From Methylotenera sp. (GTDB lineage Bacteria; Pseudomonadota; Gammaproteobacteria; Burkholderiales; Methylophilaceae), in contig JAHRYP010000002.1 of the NCBI GenBank assembly GCA_020622105.1, positions 14,176 through 78,175 on the forward strand: a DNA stretch of 64,000 nucleotides, read 5' to 3'. The notes below the pieces were generated by a model. The model saw nothing but the letters and a program-made list of their open reading frames with translations, did no database searches and was not told the DNA's origin. The first letter of the stretch is position 1. Each line of letters starts with the position of its first letter. The position numbers and the translations under genes are program-made. Positions 58,609 through 64,000 of the stretch are shown in pieces.

Positions 58609-61038
58609 TCAAACTGAAATCGTCTCAAACTCTTTGTATTGATCGCGTTTTTCAACACGCTCAGCCCATGGGTTTACTGCGCCTTGCAGTGCATACAGTA
58701 AGCGCTCGTAGGCCGCTTTTCTGCCTTCAGCATCTTCCACTACGCGCTGTTTCACATAGTCCAACCCTACCCGCTCCAGCCAGTGCACGGTACGATCAAG
58801 ATACCTGGCTTCTTCACGGTAGATCTGAATAAAGGCACCTGAATATTCCAGCACTTCGTCATGGGTTTTAACTTTGCACAGGAATTGTGCAACTTCAGTT
58901 TTAATGCCACCGTTGCCACCTACATAAATTTCCCAGCCGGAATCAACACCGATAATGCCAACGTCCTTGATGCCTGATTCAGCGCAGTTACGCGGACAGC
59001 CGGAAACCGCGAACTTCACCTTGTGCGGCGCCCACATGTGGTCAAACGCTTTTTCGATATCAATACCCATCTGTGTGGAGTTTTGTGTGCCAAAACGGCA
59101 GAACTCAGAACCTACACAGGTCTTCACGGTACGGATGCCTTTGGAATAAGCGTAACCGGATGGCATGTCGAGGTCTTTCCACATGTCGACGAGGTCTTCT
59201 TTTTTCACGCCCAGCAAGTCGATACGCTGGCCGCCAGTCACTTTTACCATCGGCACCGCATACTTATCTGCCACATCGGCAATTTTGCGCAGCTGGTCAG
59301 GCGTTGTTACACCACCATACATACGCGGCACCACAGAGTAAGTACCATCTTTCTGGATATTGGCGTGCACACGTTCATTGATAAAGCGTGACTGCGGATC
59401 ATCCACCGCCTCATGTGGCCAGGTAGATAGCAAGTAGTAGTTCAATGCCGGACGGCAGGTTGCACAACCATTCGGGGTGTGCCACTGCATGCCTTTGATT
59501 GCGTCCGGAATATTGAGATACTTATGGGTACGGATTTCTGCGCGAACTTCTTCATGGTTCTTATCACTGCAGCCGCAAATCGCTTTGCTGGTAGATGGCG
59601 GCGCATAACCGCCACCCAAAGTGCTAGCCAGAATCTGCTCAACTAAACCCACGCATGACCCACAGCTTGAACCAGCTTTGGTCTGTTTTTTCACATCATC
59701 AATCGTAAACAGGCCTTGATCCTGAATCGCCTTGACAATTGTGCCCTTGCACACGCCGTTGCAGCCGCACACTTCCATTTCATTGGTCATGGCTGCTGCT
59801 TTGTTCTGGCCCTGATGGCCAGTATTACCTAATGAATCTTGTCCAAACATCAGGTAATCACGAATCTCGTGGATAGGTTTGCTATCCCTGAGCATTTGAA
59901 AATACCACGAACCATCCGTGGTATCCCCATAAAGCACGCTGCCAATGATTTTGTCATTTTTGATGACGAGCTTTTTGTAAACCCCGCCAACAGCATCGTG
60001 TAAAACTATTTCTTCAGTATCTGCACCGCCTTCAAAATCCCCTGCGCTGAACAGATCAATACCGGTTACTTTCAATTTGGTAGAAGTTACTGAACCTTTA
60101 TATAGACCAATACCAAAGTTAGCCAAGTGTGTTGCACATACTTTTGCCATTTCAAATAATGGCGCTACCAGACCGTAAGATATGCCGCGATGGCTTACAC
60201 ATTCACCCACTGAATAGACGCGCGGGTCAAATGTCTGCATCGTGTCATTCACCACAATACCGCGATCACAATGTATGCCTGCCGATTGTGCCAGTTCAAA
60301 ATTAGGGCGTATGCCTACAGCCATTACCACTAAATCAGCAGCGATTTCTGATCCATCACTAAACTTTACTGCCTTGACACGGCCATCTTCAGTGCCGATC
60401 AACTTCTCGGTATTGGTTTGCAGCAAAAATTTCAAGCCTTTAGCCTCAAGGCTTTTTTGCAGCATGAGGCCAGAGGTTTTATCAAGCTGGCGATCCAGCA
60501 ACCATTCATTTCTGTGCACAACCGTCACATCCATGCCCTGAATTTTTAACCCGTTTGCAGCTTCAAGCCCTAGCAAGCCGCCGCCGATCACAACTGCATG
60601 CTTATAATTTTTAGCAGTTTCAATCATATCGTTAGTGTCTTTGATATCGCGATAACCCAGCACACCAGTCAGCTCTTTACCGGGTACCGGCAACATGAAT
60701 GGCTTGGAACCTGTTGCAATCAGCAGACGGTCGTATTCGGCACTTGTGCCATCAGCGGTATACACTACACGGTTTTTACGGTCTATTTTATTGACACGCG
60801 CACTGGTATATAAAGTGATATTGTTTTCTGCATACCACTCACGGCTATTCAAAATAATATCGTCTATGGTCTGCTCGTTTGCCAAAACCGGTGACAGCAT
60901 AATGCGGTTGTAATTGGGGTATGGCTCATCACCAAACACGGTGATGTCGTAAATATCAGGCGCTATCTTTAACAGCTCCTCGACAGTACGCATACCTGCC
61001 ATCCCGTTGCCAACCACTACTAATTTCATTTTTTTCAT
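58609..61038 (-). CDS. nirB: NAD(P)H-dependent nitrite reductase large subunit
   Basis: GNGMAG, GGGLLGLEAA, two BFD-like Cys clusters, CVGSEFC and SGCPRNCAE siroheme/4Fe-4S motifs. Confidence 0.97.
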   Translation of the reverse strand: MKKMKLVVVGNGMAGMRTVEELLKIAPDIYDITVFGDEPYPNYNRIMLSPVLANEQTIDDIILNSREWYAENNITLYTSARVNKIDRKNRVVYTADGTSAEYDRLLIATGSKPFMLPVPGKELTGVLGYRDIKDTNDMIETAKNYKHAVVIGGGLLGLEAANGLKIQGMDVTVVHRNEWLLDRQLDKTSGLMLQKSLEAKGLKFLLQTNTEKLIGTEDGRVKAVKFSDGSEIAADLVVMAVGIRPNFELAQSAGIHCDRGIVVNDTMQTFDPRVYSVGECVSHRGISYGLVAPLFEMAKVCATHLANFGIGLYKGSVTSTKLKVTGIDLFSAGDFEGGADTEEIVLHDAVGGVYKKLVIKNDKIIGSVLYGDTTDGSWYFQMLRDSKPIHEIRDYLMFGQDSLGNTGHQGQNKAAAMTNEMEVCGCNGVCKGTIVKAIQDQGLFTIDDVKKQTKAGSSCGSCVGLVEQILASTLGGGYAPPSTSKAICGCSDKNHEEVRAEIRTHKYLNIPDAIKGMQWHTPNGCATCRPALNYYLLSTWPHEAVDDPQSRFINERVHANIQKDGTYSVVPRMYGGVTTPDQLRKIADVADKYAVPMVKVTGGQRIDLLGVKKEDLVDMWKDLDMPSGYAYSKGIRTVKTCVGSEFCRFGTQNSTQMGIDIEKAFDHMWAPHKVKFAVSGCPRNCAESGIKDVGIIGVDSGWEIYVGGNGGIKTEVAQFLCKVKTHDEVLEYSGAFIQIYREEARYLDRTVHWLERVGLDYVKQRVVEDAEGRKAAYERLLYALQGAVNPWAERVEKRDQYKEFETISV

Positions 61039-61052
61039 ACCATTCTCTCCTT

Positions 61053-61802
61053 CTATGCTGCCACTTCTAAAGTAGCTAATAATTTATTATTGCTTGCCAA
61101 GCGCACTACATTGCCGATGACAATAATCGCAGGGCTTTGCAGCTTTTCCTGATGTACAGCCAGCGGCAGCATGGCCAGAGGCGCACTAACATGACGCTCT
61201 GTATCCAAAGTGCCATGCTGGATGGCAATGGTCGGCATATCGTGTTCCATACCGGCTGCCAGCAAATTTCTGACAATTTCCGAGACTTTTTTAATACCCA
61301 TATAAATGACCAGCGTGGTTTTACTTGCCACCAACGAATTCCAATCCAGCTGATCGCCATCCTGCGTGTGGCCGGTGAGCATGGTGACGCCATGCGTATA
61401 GGCTCTGTGCGTCAGCGGAATGCCCATACTGGCCGGTACCGCAATACCGCTGGTGACACCTGAAATCACCTCACAATCAATACCGGCATTACGTAAAGCC
61501 AGCATTTCTTCTCCACCGCGACCAAACAGAAATGGATCACCGCCTTTTAAACGGACCACTTTCTGCCCCTGCTCGGCTAGCGCGATTAACATGCGATTGA
61601 TGAAATTCTGCGGTGTTGACTGGCAACCGCCACGTTTGCCGACATTCACCACACGCGCCTGCTGGCAATGCTCCAAAATGGCATCATTTACAAGATCATC
61701 CACCAGCACCACATCAGCGACCTGCAAAGCCTTTACAGCTTTTAACGTCAGCAACTCCGGATCACCTGGGCCAGCGCCTACTAAAAAAACTTTACCTGTC
61801 AT
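61053..61802 (-). CDS. cobA: Uroporphyrinogen-III C-methyltransferase (siroheme synthesis)
   Basis: [28 protein letters not shown] and GVTSG motifs. Confidence 0.95.
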   Translation of the reverse strand: MTGKVFLVGAGPGDPELLTLKAVKALQVADVVLVDDLVNDAILEHCQQARVVNVGKRGGCQSTPQNFINRMLIALAEQGQKVVRLKGGDPFLFGRGGEEMLALRNAGIDCEVISGVTSGIAVPASMGIPLTHRAYTHGVTMLTGHTQDGDQLDWNSLVASKTTLVIYMGIKKVSEIVRNLLAAGMEHDMPTIAIQHGTLDTERHVSAPLAMLPLAVHQEKLQSPAIIVIGNVVRLASNNKLLATLEVAA

Positions 61803-61888
61803 GTTCGATTCAGCCTTTTTGCTACCTGATAATTTGTGTTAATTTCTAAACCTGATTTAAAACTTGCGCTTTTAAAATGCAATGCTGG

Positions 61889-63055
61889 CTAGTACCTGAT
61901 GCCGAATTGATCTACATAAGCATCCGGGTTATGTCCATCCCAAACCACACCATCCATCAAGCGGCTAGTTCTCATAACATCTTCAGGAACTGTAATTTCC
62001 AGCGCTTGCGCAGCCTGCTGATAAATATCTATCCGGTTCACCCTGCTTGCTACTGCCATATAATCTGGTGATGATTTCAATAAGCCCCAGCGCTTGAACT
62101 GAGTCATGAACCACATGCCATCAGATAGGTATGGAAAATTCACTTTGCCTTGATTAAAGAATTTCACGGCGTTAGCGTCATGCCATTTTCTGCCGTTGCC
62201 ATTGTCATAATTACCAACAAAACGATCGTGTATTACCTGATTAGGTGCATCTATATATTCTGGTCCTGCAATCAAATCTGCAACCTGAGGCCGATTTTCC
62301 ATCACATCCAGATAACGGCAGGCTTCAAGCACTGCCATCACCATGGCACGGCAAGTTTGTGGATATAAATCAGCAAAATCAGCAGTAACGCCTAACACCT
62401 TCTCCGGATGATCTACCCAGATATCCTGGCTGGTTGCAACCGTAAACCCGACGCTGTCATATACAGCACGTGCATTCCATGGCTCCCCTGCACAATAGCC
62501 GGCAACATTGCTGGTCGTGATATTGGCTACCATTTGCGGCGGCGGCACAACGATGGTTTTTACATCACGCAGCGGGTCAATACCGTGGCTGGCTAACCAG
62601 TAATACAGCCACATGGCATGCGTACCAGTAGGAAAAGTCTGCGCAAATGTGAGTTTGGTAGCTTGTTGTTTTAAGAAGCTGCTTAAATCGTTGCCATTAT
62701 TAACACCTTGGTTTTTTAACTGGTTCGATAAGGTAATCCCTTGGCCATTATGGTTAAGCGTCATCAGCACCGACATGTCTTTTTGCTGGCCGCCGATACC
62801 AAGCTCAACCCCATACACCATGCCGTAAAGTGCATGGGCGGCATGCAGATCGCCACTGATCAGCTTGTCACGTATAGCTGCCCAGGATGCCTCTTTGTGC
62901 AGTTTGATCTTGATGCCATATTTTTTATCGAAACCCATCTTTGAGGCGACAACAAGAGGAGCGCAATCAGTCAGGGGAATAAACCCAACCTGTACTTCTG
63001 AAAGCTCTGGCGTAAATTCTGGCTTTACTGCATTTTTTAAAACCATATCGCTCAC
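61889..63055 (-). CDS. nasS: NrtA/CmpA-fold nitrate sensor, probably NasS
   Basis: GFIPLTDCAP, FPTGTH, PPPQMV, GEPW and HPEK motifs. No signal peptide, and no ABC permease genes adjacent. Confidence 0.8.
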   Translation of the reverse strand: MSDMVLKNAVKPEFTPELSEVQVGFIPLTDCAPLVVASKMGFDKKYGIKIKLHKEASWAAIRDKLISGDLHAAHALYGMVYGVELGIGGQQKDMSVLMTLNHNGQGITLSNQLKNQGVNNGNDLSSFLKQQATKLTFAQTFPTGTHAMWLYYWLASHGIDPLRDVKTIVVPPPQMVANITTSNVAGYCAGEPWNARAVYDSVGFTVATSQDIWVDHPEKVLGVTADFADLYPQTCRAMVMAVLEACRYLDVMENRPQVADLIAGPEYIDAPNQVIHDRFVGNYDNGNGRKWHDANAVKFFNQGKVNFPYLSDGMWFMTQFKRWGLLKSSPDYMAVASRVNRIDIYQQAAQALEITVPEDVMRTSRLMDGVVWDGHNPDAYVDQFGIRY

Positions 63056-63091
63056 CTAAAATTAAAAAACAAACTATAAAAATCAAGCCCT

Positions 63092-63172
63092 AAAAAACAA
63101 AAAGGCGTCCTGCAGCTGATTAAAAAAATAACCATTGCAAGGACGCCTTTGTCCGCGGCAGCTTTATCTGCC
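63092..63172 (-). promoter_or_regulatory. ANTAR-type attenuator (two small hairpins overlapping an intrinsic terminator)
   Basis: Minus strand: ggcag-ataaag-ctgcc, then ggac-aaaggc-gtcc. The second hairpin overlaps the 5' arm of terminator aaaggcgtcc...ggacgccttt followed by tttgtttttt. Confidence 0.85.
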
Positions 63173-63239
63173 AAATTCCGTTTACTACTTGATACTGAAT
63201 TTTTTATTGAATCCAGCATAAAAAATCTTTCATCAGTCA

Positions 63240-63815
63240 CTAAAGCAGCTTCGTTGCGGCTTCAATCACTTCTTTTGCTAAAACTACTATCCGTTTGTTC
63301 TGACGCATCGCCATACTTCGCAACATTGCATAAGCATGATCCTCATCAAAACCGTGTTCTTTCATCAAGAGACCTTTAGCTTTCTCAAGTACCTTGCGCT
63401 CAGCTAACTTCAGCTTTGCTTCGCCCAGCTCTTCTCTTAAAGACTTTACCTCTTCAAACCTGACTACTGCTGCGTTAATCACAGGGGTCAGGCTTTCACT
63501 TGTCAAGCTGCCAACCACATAAGCAGACACACCTGCTTTTGTTGCTGCCCGCATTTTTTCAATGTCGCCATCATGTGTAAACATGACAATCGGCTTAGGC
63601 ACGGTTTCATTCATGACGCAAAGATTTTCCAAAGTATCGCGACTTGGTGAATCTGTATCTATAATGACAATATCCGGTTTTAATTCACGCACTGCATCAT
63701 CTAAATTGGCAGTGCTGGATAAATGTGCAATGACCTCATATCCTGCATCGGTTAACGACTGCTTTAGCGGCGCAGTTCTCAAAAAATCATCATCAACCAA
63801 CATTACAGAAAGCAT
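63240..63815 (-). CDS. nasT: ANTAR-domain response regulator NasT
   Basis: Receiver-like N-domain (PDIVIIDTDSPSRDTLE; AGVSAYVV) and ANTAR domain (ERK..EKAKG.LM...E..AY..LR..AM). True start placed at 63815, downstream of the sigma54 promoter. Confidence 0.93.
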   Translation of the reverse strand: MLSVMLVDDDFLRTAPLKQSLTDAGYEVIAHLSSTANLDDAVRELKPDIVIIDTDSPSRDTLENLCVMNETVPKPIVMFTHDGDIEKMRAATKAGVSAYVVGSLTSESLTPVINAAVVRFEEVKSLREELGEAKLKLAERKVLEKAKGLLMKEHGFDEDHAYAMLRSMAMRQNKRIVVLAKEVIEAATKLL

Positions 63816-63850
63816 GCATAACCCAGATAAAGCATTTACATGTTTATATA

Positions 63851-63866
63851 AGCAATATGTATGCCT
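63851..63866 (-). promoter_or_regulatory. Sigma54 (-24/-12) promoter
   Basis: Minus strand AGGCATACATATTGCT gives GG-N10-GC with TTGCT at -12. Confidence 0.75.
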
Positions 63867-63954
63867 GAATTTAATACATAGATTAAGCACATGAAATATA
63901 AATAGAAATTAGATATTCGGCATCACTTAACCAACAATTGACATACTTTGCGCA

Positions 63955-63971
63955 TGCACCATTAATGTGCA
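63955..63971. promoter_or_regulatory. NtrC binding site
   Basis: TGCACCattaaTGTGCA, one mismatch to TGCACC-N5-GGTGCA, about 90 bp upstream of the sigma54 site. Confidence 0.75.
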
Positions 63972-64000
63972 TTGGCACGCTAACATGCCTACTAATATTG

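Noticed and set aside
5900-63900. Dozens of 60-230-aa ORFs antisense to or overlapping the major genes (e.g. 22955-23635, 22012-22569, 53824-54411)
   Set aside because: These are shadow frames of well-supported genes with no motifs or RBS and typical antisense composition.
63972-63990. Second sigma54 promoter (tggcac...tgc)
   Set aside because: GG-to-GC spacing is 11 nt on either strand rather than the required 10.

Overview
64-kb chromosomal window from a betaproteobacterium, probably Methylophilaceae (inferred from gene content, not a database match). From left to right: (1) an AT-rich accessory stretch around a tRNA-Lys(CTT) with a PIN-domain gene, a GT9 glycosyltransferase, a Crp/Fnr regulator and three genes with apparent indels or stops; (2) a P-type ATPase; (3) a two-gene cyanophycin synthetase locus (cphA' + cphA) divergent from an ABC exporter with an unusual N-terminal extension and a DUF1854-type gene; (4) ylqF-rep-uup; (5) a complete Lap-type c-di-GMP-controlled adhesin system (LapD, LapG, TolC, a LapA-like adhesin with four identical 402-bp repeats, T1SS ATPase, and an HlyD adaptor whose 5' end is out of frame), surrounded by several c-di-GMP enzymes; (6) parE-parC, preceded by two inverted triple DnaA-box modules and a consensus IHF site; (7) an assimilatory nitrate/nitrite cluster with NtrC box, sigma54 promoter, ANTAR regulator, ANTAR-type attenuator and an embedded PP2C-Ser/Thr kinase fusion. 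The best candidates for undescribed biology are the apparent division of active sites between the two cyanophycin synthetases together with their exporter/DUF1854 partners, and the DnaA/IHF element upstream of topoisomerase IV. No CRISPR array, rRNA, integrase or transposase was seen. All product calls come from motif recognition by eye; no searches were run.
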